64,000 nucleotides of DNA from an uncultured Rhabdochlamydiaceae bacterium (GCA_963712275.1 CAVQHD010000001.1:224001-288000), one strand, 5' to 3'; shown: positions 8,190-18,973, counted from the stretch's first letter. The notes: generated by a model from the sequence alone, not told the origin. Numbers and translations are program-made.

Positions 8190-11069
8190 ATGAAAAAATG
8201 GTTTTTGACTCTTGCTATTCTTTTCTCGAGCTTCCTTGCTGCAGAGACAAGTTATTACCAGGTCCCAGATGAGTGCACTCTCAAGATCTTAACTCCCGAC
8301 CTTGCAGATCTTAAAACAGCAAAAATACGGCTCTCCAATGGCCTTGAAGCCTACCTGGTTTCCGATCCTGGCGCTCACATGTCGGCCACCGCCCTCTCTG
8401 TCAACGCAGGTTCTTGGCAAGATCCCGATGAGTATCCCGGCATGGCCCACTTCCTTGAGCATATGCTGTTCATGGGAACAGAAGCTTACCCCAAAGAGTT
8501 TGAATATATGCAATACATTCACGATCACGGAGGAGATGTCAATGCCTATACAGCTTCCGATCGAACCGTCTATGGATTTTCTATCAACCATGAGGGGCTG
8601 AAAGGAGCTATTGATCGGTTTTCCCATTTTTTTATCGACCCCCTTTTTCACCCTTCCTCTATTGGCCGTGAGCTGCATGCAGTCGATCAGGAACATGGGA
8701 AAAATGTCGAGCATGATCTTTGGCGAGCTTATATGGTTCTTAAAGAAACAGGCAACCCTACCCATCCAAATAGAGGTTTTGGAACCGGAAATGCATCGAC
8801 CCTCTCAGGCATCCCATCCAAAGCTCTTCAAGAGTGGTACCAAACGCATTACAGTGCAAACCGGATGCATCTTGTCATCGTCTCTTCTCTTCCTATTGAA
8901 GAAATGGTTACGCTTGCAGTGGACCATTTCTCTCCCATCATCAATCGAAATCTGCCGCCTCCAACCTACCCCTTCGAGTTATTTTCCAAAGAACAACTAG
9001 GCCACTTGCTCTATATTAAACCTGTGAAAGACCTGAAAAGGCTTTCACTAACTTGGCAGCTTCCGATATCGATTGCCATGGATCAAGAGACGCATGTCTC
9101 AGAGCTTGTCACCTATGCGCTTGAAAATGGCACCGAAAATGGGCTCTCGGAAGAACTAAAGCGAGAAAAGTTGATCGAAGAGCTTTCTGTATCAACTAAT
9201 CAATTAAGCCAAGAGTGCATGCTGATGGATATCGGTTTGTCTCTCACGGAAAAGGGCGTCAAGAACCTCGATGCCGTCATCGAGCGAACATTCCAAGCCT
9301 TAGCCCGCCTCAGAGAGACAGGTATTCCCCGTTTTATTTTTGATGAACAGAAAAGACTTGCTACAATCGGTTATGAATATCAATCGCGAGATGATGCCTT
9401 TACCGTTGTAATGGACATTGCAGGCGATCTATCTTATGAAAAATTAGAAACCTATCCTCAAAAAACAGTGGCCGCTTCCATTTATGACCCCGATCAAGTT
9501 CATACACTTCTTCATGCACTAACACCTCAATCCTGTATCTATCTTGTCTTAGCAGACTCAAAATGGACCGGTATCTCTCCTACCATGCATGAAAAATGGA
9601 TGAATGCCGCTTATACATTACGTGAAGTCCCCCAAGAAAAACTCACAGCGTGGGCAGAAGTGCCGCCCCACGCTCAAATTGATCTTCCCCCGCCCAATCC
9701 ATATCTTCCCGACTCTTTAGCTCTTGTCCCTTCCACTTCCCCACCCGCCTTAGCTCCTGAAACGATTTCTCATGATGAACTGGGCCATCTTTACTTCCAG
9801 CAAGACCAAAAATACCGCGTTCCAGAGGTGGGAGCAATTTTCTCAATAAAAACACCAGCAATGGAAGGTTCTGCAAAGTCGAGAGTCTTATTTGATCTGT
9901 ATATAAGAGCTTTGGAAGAGGCCCTAAACTCTACCCTTTTTTTTGCATCCGAAGCTCGTCTTTGCTTAAAACTCTCTCAAAGTGATGATAATTTTGTGAT
10001 CAGTATCGATGGCTATAGTGAAAAAATGCCTCTCTTTTTAAATACCATCTTTTCATCTCTTCATCATGTCTCTCCGACAGCTGCAGAATTTGAGGTTTAC
10101 AAAAAGTCGCTCCTTTCATCCTATGATAACGCCTCTAAAGAACTCCCCCTTCGTCAAGGGATGCAGCTTCTCAACAGCATCCTCTTCAATGATAACCCTA
10201 CTCCTAAAGCTCGCCATCAAGCCCTCCAGGAAATCTCTTACGAACATTTTCTCTCTTTTGCTCATGAAGTTTTCCAGAAAACCTACACTGAAGCTTTGAT
10301 TTACGGAAACTTAAGCCGCACAGAGGCTGAGGACATCTGGAGTGACTTTAGAACAGCTCTCCATTCGGCTTCATTTCCTGTATCAGAGCATTACCGAAAA
10401 GGGGTCTTAATTCCTTCAGATCAGCAAGGCCCTTATATGATTTCCGAAGTAACCGAGCGTCAAGGAAACGGCACCGTCCTAATGCTCCATGAAGCCCCTT
10501 TTTCCATGGAGAATCGAGCTGTTCAGCAAATCTTATCGAGCGCGCTTCAAGGCGATTTCTTTGACACTCTTCGTACGAAGCAGCAAACAGGTTACATTGC
10601 CTCTTCATGGGATATCGAGGTCGAAGATCAACTTCTTCAATTCTTTGGAGTCCAGTCTATCACGCATCAATCATCGGAACTCTTATCTCGATTTGAGCTG
10701 TTTTTGGAAGAGTTTTCCCGCCATATGGATGAAAAAATACCTCTTGAGCGGTTTAACACACTCAAGCAATCGCTCATTAAAGAGCTCGGCATGCCCTCCG
10801 AAAACATTCCCAGTAAAGCAGCCCTCCTCAATCACCTAGCTTTTGAAAAAAAAGGAGATTTCGATTGGCTTCAAAAACGGATCTCGACCGTTCAAGCCCT
10901 CTCTTACGAAACATTTCTGAAAACCGCCTCTTCCTTTCTCTCCAGACAAAATCATCGACGCCTGGCGGTTTTAATGGAAGGGGTTCTACCTGCAAAAAAT
11001 CAATTTCGATATGAGCCGATCTCTCAGGAAAAGATCCGCGACCTTGGGCCTTATATCTCAGCTAACTAG
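8190..11069 (+). CDS. ptr: Secreted insulinase/pitrilysin family M16 metallopeptidase
   Basis: Signal peptide; HFLEH inverted zinc motif; LRTKQQTGY. Confidence 0.9.
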   Translation: MKKWFLTLAILFSSFLAAETSYYQVPDECTLKILTPDLADLKTAKIRLSNGLEAYLVSDPGAHMSATALSVNAGSWQDPDEYPGMAHFLEHMLFMGTEAYPKEFEYMQYIHDHGGDVNAYTASDRTVYGFSINHEGLKGAIDRFSHFFIDPLFHPSSIGRELHAVDQEHGKNVEHDLWRAYMVLKETGNPTHPNRGFGTGNASTLSGIPSKALQEWYQTHYSANRMHLVIVSSLPIEEMVTLAVDHFSPIINRNLPPPTYPFELFSKEQLGHLLYIKPVKDLKRLSLTWQLPISIAMDQETHVSELVTYALENGTENGLSEELKREKLIEELSVSTNQLSQECMLMDIGLSLTEKGVKNLDAVIERTFQALARLRETGIPRFIFDEQKRLATIGYEYQSRDDAFTVVMDIAGDLSYEKLETYPQKTVAASIYDPDQVHTLLHALTPQSCIYLVLADSKWTGISPTMHEKWMNAAYTLREVPQEKLTAWAEVPPHAQIDLPPPNPYLPDSLALVPSTSPPALAPETISHDELGHLYFQQDQKYRVPEVGAIFSIKTPAMEGSAKSRVLFDLYIRALEEALNSTLFFASEARLCLKLSQSDDNFVISIDGYSEKMPLFLNTIFSSLHHVSPTAAEFEVYKKSLLSSYDNASKELPLRQGMQLLNSILFNDNPTPKARHQALQEISYEHFLSFAHEVFQKTYTEALIYGNLSRTEAEDIWSDFRTALHSASFPVSEHYRKGVLIPSDQQGPYMISEVTERQGNGTVLMLHEAPFSMENRAVQQILSSALQGDFFDTLRTKQQTGYIASSWDIEVEDQLLQFFGVQSITHQSSELLSRFELFLEEFSRHMDEKIPLERFNTLKQSLIKELGMPSENIPSKAALLNHLAFEKKGDFDWLQKRISTVQALSYETFLKTASSFLSRQNHRRLAVLMEGVLPAKNQFRYEPISQEKIRDLGPYISAN

Positions 11070-11620
11070 GCCTTAGAAGCTGTCTTAACCCAAGCGTATG
11101 TCACCCAATCTCGAAACGTCAGGGAAATCCCTTTGAGCTGCGCATCTTTCAAAAAGTACCGTAGAATATTTTGAGTGTCTCCCACGACCGCCTTATCCAA
11201 CCTTCCTATCGACCGGCGCATTGAGTTTTCATCTTGAATCCTATCACATTGAGCCGCAAAGCTCGCTTTCCATGTTTTTTGCTCTTTTTCAGATAAATAG
11301 GGAGCCACAAATCCGACTCGAGGATCTGCAGGCTGCCCTTTTTGTATAAACACCACTTCTAATTCTCCATTGCTGGTAGGAAGAAAGGAAATCGATAGAA
11401 TATCAGGGGATGCTAACATCTGAATAATGCACCGTGTTTTCCAAAAAAGGGGATCGTTTTTCTCAACACATGCTTCATAGTCATCTCTTACTTTTAAGAG
11501 ATTTTCTTTTCCCCACTCCTCCACCGTTTCTATCATGTCCGCTGCAGAAGAGAGTTGGGACTGCATTCTACATCGCTCTGGGCTAAAGGTGCCTGAGATA
11601 ACGACTGCTGTGATACTCAT
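11066..11620 (-). CDS. Hypothetical protein, paralog of 13429-13977
   Basis: ORF; homology with the second copy begins exactly at ATG 11620. Confidence 0.65.
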   Translation of the reverse strand: MSITAVVISGTFSPERCRMQSQLSSAADMIETVEEWGKENLLKVRDDYEACVEKNDPLFWKTRCIIQMLASPDILSISFLPTSNGELEVVFIQKGQPADPRVGFVAPYLSEKEQKTWKASFAAQCDRIQDENSMRRSIGRLDKAVVGDTQNILRYFLKDAQLKGISLTFRDWVTYAWVKTASKA

Positions 11621-11671
11621 GCCGGATAATATTATTCGGATCACGATAAAATTTCAATCTCACTGAGTGAC

Positions 11672-13357
11672 TTAGTAAGCTTTTGAGCGAATCATCACGT
11701 CTTTCCCTTTAAACGCTAGTCCGAGATGTAAAATGCGGCTAACACCGCGATTTTTTAGCTCTAAATCATATTTGCGATCTTCGATCTGCTTGAGGGCAGA
11801 AGCGACGGCTGATTCTAGATCGCTTTCCTCAAAGCGACCGATCTTTTTAAACTCCATGACCACGCCTAAGTCTCGAAGGTTTTTAGGAATGAGCATGACA
11901 TCGTATCTACCGTAGCCACTTTCACGATTCGACTTCACTTCATACCGATCTTTCAGTCCGATGAGGACTCCTAATACGAAAGCGTGGTAAATTTTTTCGG
12001 GTTCTTCTGTAGAAACATCAAAAAAACTAAAGGAGGAGAGAAGAAACTCTTGAAAGATTTGAGAAAAGGTAGCGACATCACCGGTAATTAAACTTTGGAG
12101 CAACGTTTGGTAGTTAGGCTCACGAATTGTTTCCTCAAACCATTTGAGAATGATGGAGCGATAAAGCTCTTTAACTTCCATGTTGGGAATACGTAGCTGA
12201 CAGGGAGTTCCATAAACAGGTGTTGCCCCAATTGATAAGTAGCCACTGAATAAAAGTAATGACCAAAGGGCCTTAGAATTTTTTTCCAAATCTGCAAAAA
12301 CGGTTCCCTCTTCAATGATTTTCTCCACAGTGCCGCCTTTCATAAGCTCCTCGATGTCCGCTTTGAAATCTTCTGTCCCTTGGGTAATCAATTGTTTCAT
12401 CAAAGCATTATCGCTCGTGTTGACCCAATAAGGAGCTAAGGCTCCTTTTTTGGCAATGCAGTTTAAAACAGACCATGGATTGTAAATCTCCCCGCATGAA
12501 CCAATTCGATAGCCGTTATACCACTGCCGTATAGAATCCCATTTATCAAGGAGTTTATACTCTTCTAAGAGCGCCTTGACTTCCGACTCAGTCAATCCAA
12601 ACTTATCCTGAAAATCCTCACTTAGGATGGTAAAAGTGGTGATATTATTAAGACCTGAAAAAATACTTTCTTTCGCAACGCGCAAGATACCGGTGAGAAC
12701 ACCTCGTTCTAAAAAAGAATTATCTTTTAACCCTCCTGACAACCAGTTTCTCAAAAACGAGATCAATTCATCATAGTACCCGCCGATATAAGCTGCGTGG
12801 GCAGGAGTGTCATATTCATCAATCAGAAGGATCACACGTTTTTTGTGATAGCGGCAAAGCCACTTGGTGAGCAGCTTGAGGCTTTGTTCATATAAAGTTT
12901 GATCTCCTTGTTTATAAATAATGGCCTGATAGTCTTCTTTTTCAGAACCATCTAAAATAGAGTCATCTAAAAGATAGGGATGTAAGTGAAAAGCCTCGGA
13001 GATCACCCTCTTCAATGACGCAAAACTCTTTTCCCACGAGGCGTGTTTGACATCTTTGAGAGAGATAAAAATGACAGGAAATTGCCCTTGGAGAGCTTGA
13101 CATTTCTCATCTTGCCAAATTTTTAGGGGTCGGAACAGATAACTCGTATCTTGCGGGTTTTTTTCGAAAAAATAGCGCAACATCGATAGGTTGAGCGTCT
13201 TGCCAAACCGACGCAGACGGGGGATAAGGGCAACTTCAGTCCCTTTACTGATAAGTTCTTGGACCAAAAGCGTTTTATCAACATAAATATAGCAGTCATC
13301 AATAAGTTTTTTAAAATCACTCAGCCCAATTGGAAGCAATTTTTGATGATCATCCAT
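11672..13357 (-). CDS. AAA-ATPase-like protein with C-terminal PD-(D/E)XK nuclease domain
   Basis: RRFGKT Walker A, LLIDEYD Walker B, SGLNN, WYNGY, YNPWS, SNRESGYGRYD...EFK...QI. Confidence 0.88.
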   Translation of the reverse strand: MDDHQKLLPIGLSDFKKLIDDCYIYVDKTLLVQELISKGTEVALIPRLRRFGKTLNLSMLRYFFEKNPQDTSYLFRPLKIWQDEKCQALQGQFPVIFISLKDVKHASWEKSFASLKRVISEAFHLHPYLLDDSILDGSEKEDYQAIIYKQGDQTLYEQSLKLLTKWLCRYHKKRVILLIDEYDTPAHAAYIGGYYDELISFLRNWLSGGLKDNSFLERGVLTGILRVAKESIFSGLNNITTFTILSEDFQDKFGLTESEVKALLEEYKLLDKWDSIRQWYNGYRIGSCGEIYNPWSVLNCIAKKGALAPYWVNTSDNALMKQLITQGTEDFKADIEELMKGGTVEKIIEEGTVFADLEKNSKALWSLLLFSGYLSIGATPVYGTPCQLRIPNMEVKELYRSIILKWFEETIREPNYQTLLQSLITGDVATFSQIFQEFLLSSFSFFDVSTEEPEKIYHAFVLGVLIGLKDRYEVKSNRESGYGRYDVMLIPKNLRDLGVVMEFKKIGRFEESDLESAVASALKQIEDRKYDLELKNRGVSRILHLGLAFKGKDVMIRSKAY

Positions 13358-13428
13358 AAACTACAATTATATCTACGAAGAGCAATAGGAACCATCGGTT
13401 TTTATCCTCTAGCGACGAAACCTGAGTT

Positions 13429-13977
13429 TTAAGACAGCTTCTTAACCCAAGCGTATGTCACCCGATCTTGAAACGTCAGGGAAATCCCTTTGAGGCGCGC
13501 ATCTTTCAAAAAGTACCGTAGAATATTTTGGGTATCTTCCATGACAGCCTTATCTAGCTTTCCTATCGACTGGCGCATTGAGTTTTCATCTTGAATCCTA
13601 TCACATTGAGCCGCAAAGCTCGCTTTCCATGTTTTTTGCTCTTTTTCAGATAAATAGGGAGCCACAAATCCTATTCGAGGATCTGCAAACTGCCCTTTTT
13701 GTATAAATACCACTTCTAATTCTCCATTGCTGGTAGGAAGAAAAGAAATCGATAGAATATCAGGGGATGTTAACATCTGAGTAATGCATCGTGTTTTCCA
13801 AAAAAGGGGATCTCTTTTCTCAAAACACGTTTCATAGTTATCTCTTACCTTTAAGAGATTTTCTTTTTCCCACTCCTCCACCGTTTCTATCATATCCGCT
13901 GCAGAAGAGAGTCGGGACTGCCTGCTGCATTGCTCAGGGCTAAAGGTGCCTGAAATAACGACTGCTGTGATACTCAT
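13429..13977 (-). CDS. Hypothetical protein, paralog of 11066-11620
   Basis: ORF; ungapped high-identity repeat of 11083-11620. Confidence 0.65.
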   Translation of the reverse strand: MSITAVVISGTFSPEQCSRQSRLSSAADMIETVEEWEKENLLKVRDNYETCFEKRDPLFWKTRCITQMLTSPDILSISFLPTSNGELEVVFIQKGQFADPRIGFVAPYLSEKEQKTWKASFAAQCDRIQDENSMRQSIGKLDKAVMEDTQNILRYFLKDARLKGISLTFQDRVTYAWVKKLS

Positions 13978-13982
13978 TAAGA

Positions 13983-14915
13983 TTAGTTATATCCAATGAT
14001 CTTAGCATCGGGATGGAAATAGACCCAGCGCTCATTGAGGGTGGTTAACCAATCTACACCCCAATCCAATTCTTGTTCCCAGTCGGTTCCATACAGTCTT
14101 TCGAACTCAGCTATTTCAATTTTGTATTGTTCGTGGGTAACTGCTCTAGTTCGACGACGATTTTCAATAATTTCCCTTCCATTTTCATATCTATTCTCTA
14201 AAGCCTTTTCTATTTCTACGAGCTGTTGATGCACAACAGACCCAAGGTCATCATTAGTTGCTAACGCCAGCAAGTCTGCCCTTAATAAAGCTTGTGTTTT
14301 CTTATGAATCACAAAGGATCTCTCAAAATCCGGCATCGCTTTTATTGCTGGAAAAGATGGATTCCTGTTGGGGTCTTTAATATTTCCATTAGACTCTCGA
14401 GGACAATTCATGAGGAAGGTCATATCATAGAATATTCCGGAAGGAGTATGCGTAGGGACATCCATTACGCACAAGGAAACAGGACATGTAAAATTTTGCA
14501 GAAATTCATTTTCAGAGTATGACAAAGTGATGGCTATTTTAACCGAACTTATTAAACAATCGTTTCTCCATTTTTCAAAACTAGGGTGTTTCTCTGTTAA
14601 AGTCATGTAGATATAGCCTCCTGCCGCTCATCCTGCGATAAAGCCAATTCCACATCCCATCATACCCCCAAAATCTCCGACTTTAGGATCTTGATAAACA
14701 AATTTTTCTACCTCCGCTCCAATTTTTTTCCCAGCCTTTGCCCCCGCAAATGCGCTTAAACTAATACAAGTTAAAGCAGTAGGGATACTATTCTCGGTTG
14801 CTAGACCAGGAGTCCGAATATAAGCATAATGCCTACGAATCCTATCCCATCCGTTGTTAGTGTAAAGAGAAGATACTTGTTGGTAATGTTGAGCACGTTG
14901 TAGCGCTGTTGTCAT
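13983..14915 (-). pseudogene. U-box E3-ligase-like effector interrupted by an in-frame TGA
   Basis: ATG 14915 with AAGGAG RBS; a single TGA (14630-14628) is in frame with the downstream ORF; U-box-like FTCPVSLCVMDVPTHTPSGIFYD...DP. Confidence 0.7.
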
Positions 14916-14941
14916 TTCATACTCCTTATCTTTGTTTTTAA

Positions 14942-15298
14942 TTAAAGACGAGCCTGTCCCGAAGCTACCAAAAACACACAAATGATTCCTGTAATCTTAA
15001 TGAGAATAAAAATCTTATCTATGTAATGCCCAGGAGGAACAAGCTTTTGGCCTTCTCCAATTCTCTCTTGTAACCAAGCATCTTTAGCGGCTCCTGTTAG
15101 CACTTGAAACTTCTTAGTTTGTGTCGATTTCATTGCTTCTATAAATAACTTCTTTCCCTCCAACGATAATTCGGCAATATTTTGAGGGAGCGGGAAGATT
15201 CTCGTCCCGTGGTAATAGGAATTCGTGCTAGGAATTAATATAAAAGATTGAACGATGCGAGGAAATATTCCTCCAACGGGGCTTGAGCGAGTAGCCAT
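14942..15298 (-). CDS. Small hypothetical protein with C-terminal hydrophobic segment
   Basis: ORF with AGGAG RBS; hydrophobic C-terminus. Confidence 0.55.
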   Translation of the reverse strand: MATRSSPVGGIFPRIVQSFILIPSTNSYYHGTRIFPLPQNIAELSLEGKKLFIEAMKSTQTKKFQVLTGAAKDAWLQERIGEGQKLVPPGHYIDKIFILIKITGIICVFLVASGQARL

Positions 15299-15336
15299 AT
15301 AGGTCTCCTTGAATCCATTAAGCCTACCACAAATGA

Positions 15337-16065
15337 TTAATTTATCTCTGCGATCTTCATGTTGTGGTAGACGGCGTCGACGTCTTCAAGTGCTTCGAGC
15401 CATTCAATCAGCTCTAAGTTCGCCTTCTGGTCGTCGGGGGAGCATTCGATCCAGTTTTTAGGAAGATACTGAAGCTCTGCCGACTCTGGTTTGATCCCGA
15501 GTTTTTCAATCGCCTCTTTCACTTCAATGAGGGCATCAGGGGCTGTCGTGATGATAAAGAGATCGTCTTCCGATTCAAAATCATCGGCTCCCGCTTCTGA
15601 AACGACAAGAAATAGTTTTTCTTCGATGGCCAATTTTTTGAGAACCTGTATCACCCCTTTATGATCGAAATTATAGGCGACCGCTCCAGGATTTGCCGCA
15701 TGCCCTCCCTTTTTGTTCAGGGCGATGCGAATGTCAGACGAGCTGCGGTTTTTGTTATCGGTCATCATCTCGACCAACAATCCAACGCCTCCGTGCCCAT
15801 AAAGTTCATAGATGATCTCGGAGTAGGCTGCTTGGTCCGCACTGCTTGCTTTTTTGATATTCCGCTCGATGTTCTCCGTCGGCATGTTGGCCTCGCGCGC
15901 TTTTTGTAAAACAAGGCGGAGGCGCGTATTGGTCTTCAGATCGGGACCCCCGAGTTTGACGGCGGTAATGATCTCCTTTGTCAGACGGGAAAAGATTTTT
16001 CCTTTGATGATGTCGGCTTTCCCTTTGCGGTGCTTAATGTTCGCCCACTTACTATGTCCTGCCAT
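15337..16065 (-). CDS. yebC: YebC/PmpR family protein
   Basis: MAGHSKWANIKHRK; LEDVDAVYHN. Confidence 0.95.
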   Translation of the reverse strand: MAGHSKWANIKHRKGKADIIKGKIFSRLTKEIITAVKLGGPDLKTNTRLRLVLQKAREANMPTENIERNIKKASSADQAAYSEIIYELYGHGGVGLLVEMMTDNKNRSSSDIRIALNKKGGHAANPGAVAYNFDHKGVIQVLKKLAIEEKLFLVVSEAGADDFESEDDLFIITTAPDALIEVKEAIEKLGIKPESAELQYLPKNWIECSPDDQKANLELIEWLEALEDVDAVYHNMKIAEIN

Positions 16066-16558
16066 TCTTAAGATCCTTCTGCATCAAAATTTTAGTAATA
16101 TATTTCCCTTCGCTTTTAATAAACCGAGGATGTTTGCCATACTCTTTAAACCCCAATCTTTGATAAAGCCGAATCGCGGGATTTCCTTCATAGACTTCCA
16201 AATGGAGCAGCTCAATGTGAAACTGATCTCTTGCAGCTTTCTCAAAATGTTCAATCAAAGCCCGTCCAATGCCTAAATTTCGGTACTGCGCGTCGACAAT
16301 GATCGCAAAAAGGCAGTGGTGAGCAAGCCGTTTGTACGGTTGGAGGTAGAGGACAGCCATACCGGCAGGCTTCCCTTCATATTCAGCTGTAAAAGAGGCT
16401 TGATACCTCGTGTATCCCATCCAAATCCTGACGGCATCATCCACTTCCCGCTGGTCCGTCATAGGAAACCACCGCAAGATCGAAGGATCAAGCGCCCATC
16501 CGATCAAAAAAGGGGCGTCTTCAACAACAGAAGGACGGATATGAATTTGGGACGTCAC
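16052..16558 (-). CDS. GNAT N-acetyltransferase
   Basis: YRNLGIG AcCoA motif; LEVYEGNPAIRLYQRLGF. Confidence 0.85.
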   Translation of the reverse strand: MTSQIHIRPSVVEDAPFLIGWALDPSILRWFPMTDQREVDDAVRIWMGYTRYQASFTAEYEGKPAGMAVLYLQPYKRLAHHCLFAIIVDAQYRNLGIGRALIEHFEKAARDQFHIELLHLEVYEGNPAIRLYQRLGFKEYGKHPRFIKSEGKYITKILMQKDLKNGRT

Positions 16559-17043
16559 AGGTACGCCTCCATGTAAATACGCGCCAAATCTGGATCTTTC
16601 ACATAATGACTCTGTCTAAAAATTTCTTGAAACCCTTGTTGTTTGAGGAGGCTTTCAATGGGGTTCCCTTCAAAAATTTCGATCGCAATCGCTTCAAGAT
16701 GGAAGTAGTTCTTCGCTAGGTGCTTCAGGTTCCGGAGAAGCGCTGTTCCAATCCCACGCCTCTGCCATTTCGGGTTGACGGCAAGTTTAAAGAGCGCTTG
16801 ATGAGCGACTTTTTGGTAAGGCATTAAAAAGAGTGTTCCCACTGCGCACGGAATACGGTCGATCGTCGCTGTTAAGCTAGAGCTCCATCTGCAAAACCCA
16901 ATCCAGCATTGAAGCGCATCTTCAACCTCTTTTTCCATTGCCATTGGAAACCATTTGAGAATGGTTGGATGGTTGACCCACTCCCGCAAATAAGAAATAT
17001 CTGTCACATACGTATAACGAATGTCAAACCCTGGAATCTCCAT
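16555..17043 (-). CDS. GNAT N-acetyltransferase (tandem paralog)
   Basis: WQRRGIG motif; similar to the neighbouring gene (WFPM...EV.DA...W). Confidence 0.85.
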   Translation of the reverse strand: MEIPGFDIRYTYVTDISYLREWVNHPTILKWFPMAMEKEVEDALQCWIGFCRWSSSLTATIDRIPCAVGTLFLMPYQKVAHQALFKLAVNPKWQRRGIGTALLRNLKHLAKNYFHLEAIAIEIFEGNPIESLLKQQGFQEIFRQSHYVKDPDLARIYMEAYL

Positions 17044-17046
17044 AGA

Positions 17047-18142
17047 CTAACCAAACTCCTTCAAGTAAGAAATGACAAAAACATCGAGATCCCCATCCAT
17101 TACCGCTGCAATATTTCCTACTTCAACGTCGGTTCGATTATCCTTTACAAGTGTATACGGCTGAAAGACATAGCTTCGAATCTGGCTTCCCCAAGCAATC
17201 TCTTTTTTCTCTCCTCCCATCTGCTCAATTTTCGCCTTCCGCTCCATCATTTCTTTCTCATAGAGCTGCGCCTTCAACATTTTGAGGCACGCTTCTCGAT
17301 TTTGAATCTGGCTTCGCTCTCTCTGACACGAAACAATGATCCCTGAAGGAAGATGAGTCATTCGAACAGCGGAATCAGTCTTGTTAACATGCTGCCCTCC
17401 TGCGCCCGAAGCTCGATAAGTATCAACCCGAATATCTTCGGACCGAACTTCAATTTGAACATCCTCCCCCACTTCAGGAGTGACATTGACAGAGGCAAAA
17501 CTCGTATGCCGTTTTGCATTGGAGTCGAAAGGAGAGATGCGGACTAAACGGTGGACCCCTTTCTCCGCTTTACAATAGCCGTAGGCAAAAGAGCCCGAAA
17601 TTCTGAATGTGGTGCTTTTGATTCCTGCAACCTCTCCATCGACACAATCGAGCACTTCGATATCCCATCCACGGCGCGCAACCCACCGTTGATACATCCG
17701 GGAGAGCATGAGCGCCCAATCGCACGCCTCCGTTCCTCCAGCTCCTGCATTGATGCTGAAGTAGCAGTTCTTTGCATCCATCTCCCCTGAAAGCATGCGC
17801 CGGATTTCAAGATCGGAGAGTTTTTTTTCAATCAGACCAAGCTCTTTCAGGAGGTCGTCTACAAACCCTTGATCTCCAGCTGTTTCTGCATCTGGAAGGA
17901 GCGCCTCGACATTCGAAAATCGGTCTTTGACATCATAGAAAGGAATCGTCCACTCTTTGAGCTCATTGGCTTCGCTAATCACGCTCTGAGCCCCGCTAGG
18001 GTCGTCCCAAAAGGAGAGATCTCCCATCAACGTTTGCAGTTCATCAATCCGTTTTTGCTTTTTTTCGAGGTCAAAGATACCTCCACATATGCAAAAGTCG
18101 ATTCTTAATACTCGTCAATTGATTTTGAACCATTTCGTTCAT
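17047..18142 (-). CDS. prfB: Peptide chain release factor 2, programmed +1 frameshift
   Basis: GGQ and SPF motifs; a 23-codon first frame from ATG 18142 ends in GGAGG-TAT-CTT-TGA-C (CTT at 18076-18074). Confidence 0.95.
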
Positions 18143-18223
18143 GATAAGCCTACTTCCGTTTTCAGTGTACTCACATCCACTATACCGCTAAGAATCGCCC
18201 AAAGTCGAGTTAAAAAATGTTTA

Positions 18224-18973
18224 TTATTTAAGAAATAGCCTAAGGTAATCTTTTTGAGTTTCCCTGACCATGCGAGCTATAAAATCGATGAACTCTTGAT
18301 CGCTAATGTGCGCCTGTTCTAAAGAGTCGATGTACTCTCTTCTTGTGATCGGTGGGATGATCGCAATATTATACCCTTCCTGAAGCAAAATCAAATTCAT
18401 GAGCAGTCTGGCAGTTCGACCATTTCCGTCAATGAAGGGGTGAATAAAAATAAACTCTTTATGCGCTAGAGCAGCTGCCTTGACAGGATGGTTTTCTTTT
18501 CTGAACGTCTCAATGTGAGGAATAAGTGCTTTCATGAGCAACGGCACGTCGGCCGGTTTTGGCAGTGGATATTTCGATCCAGTGATGATCGCTTTGCCAG
18601 ATCTATATTTTCCTGCATGTTTCTCATCGATCCGAAAGTAAAAAAGTTGGTGCAATTGTTGGATATCTTTTTCCCGCACAGTTTTGTCATTAACAAGCGT
18701 GTAGAGAAAGTCATAAGCTTCAGCATGTCCGACAGCTTCAAAATGGTCTTTGAGAGGCTTTCCTCCAATCGTAATTCCATCCTCTAAAACAATTTTTGTT
18801 TCCGATTCAGTTAAGGTATTCCCTTCTAGGGCATTGCTTGAAAAAGTCAATCCGATCTTGTAGTACTCTTTGATTTGTTTAAGAAAGTCGGCGCTCAAAG
18901 GTCTATGGGAATTGATTTCCCTCTGTAATGAATCGATTTCTTTGAAAATATCGGCCTGCATATGTATTTCCAT
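18224..18973 (-). CDS. Fic family AMPylase (class II-like)
   Basis: HPFIDGNGRTAR catalytic motif; N-terminal SNALEGN inhibitory motif. Confidence 0.9.
   Translation of the reverse strand: MEIHMQADIFKEIDSLQREINSHRPLSADFLKQIKEYYKIGLTFSSNALEGNTLTESETKIVLEDGITIGGKPLKDHFEAVGHAEAYDFLYTLVNDKTVREKDIQQLHQLFYFRIDEKHAGKYRSGKAIITGSKYPLPKPADVPLLMKALIPHIETFRKENHPVKAAALAHKEFIFIHPFIDGNGRTARLLMNLILLQEGYNIAIIPPITRREYIDSLEQAHISDQEFIDFIARMVRETQKDYLRLFLK

Noticed and set aside
14628..14630. TGA recoding (alternative genetic code or selenocysteine)
   Set aside because: TGA ends many conserved genes here and prfB is intact; a simple nonsense mutation is more parsimonious
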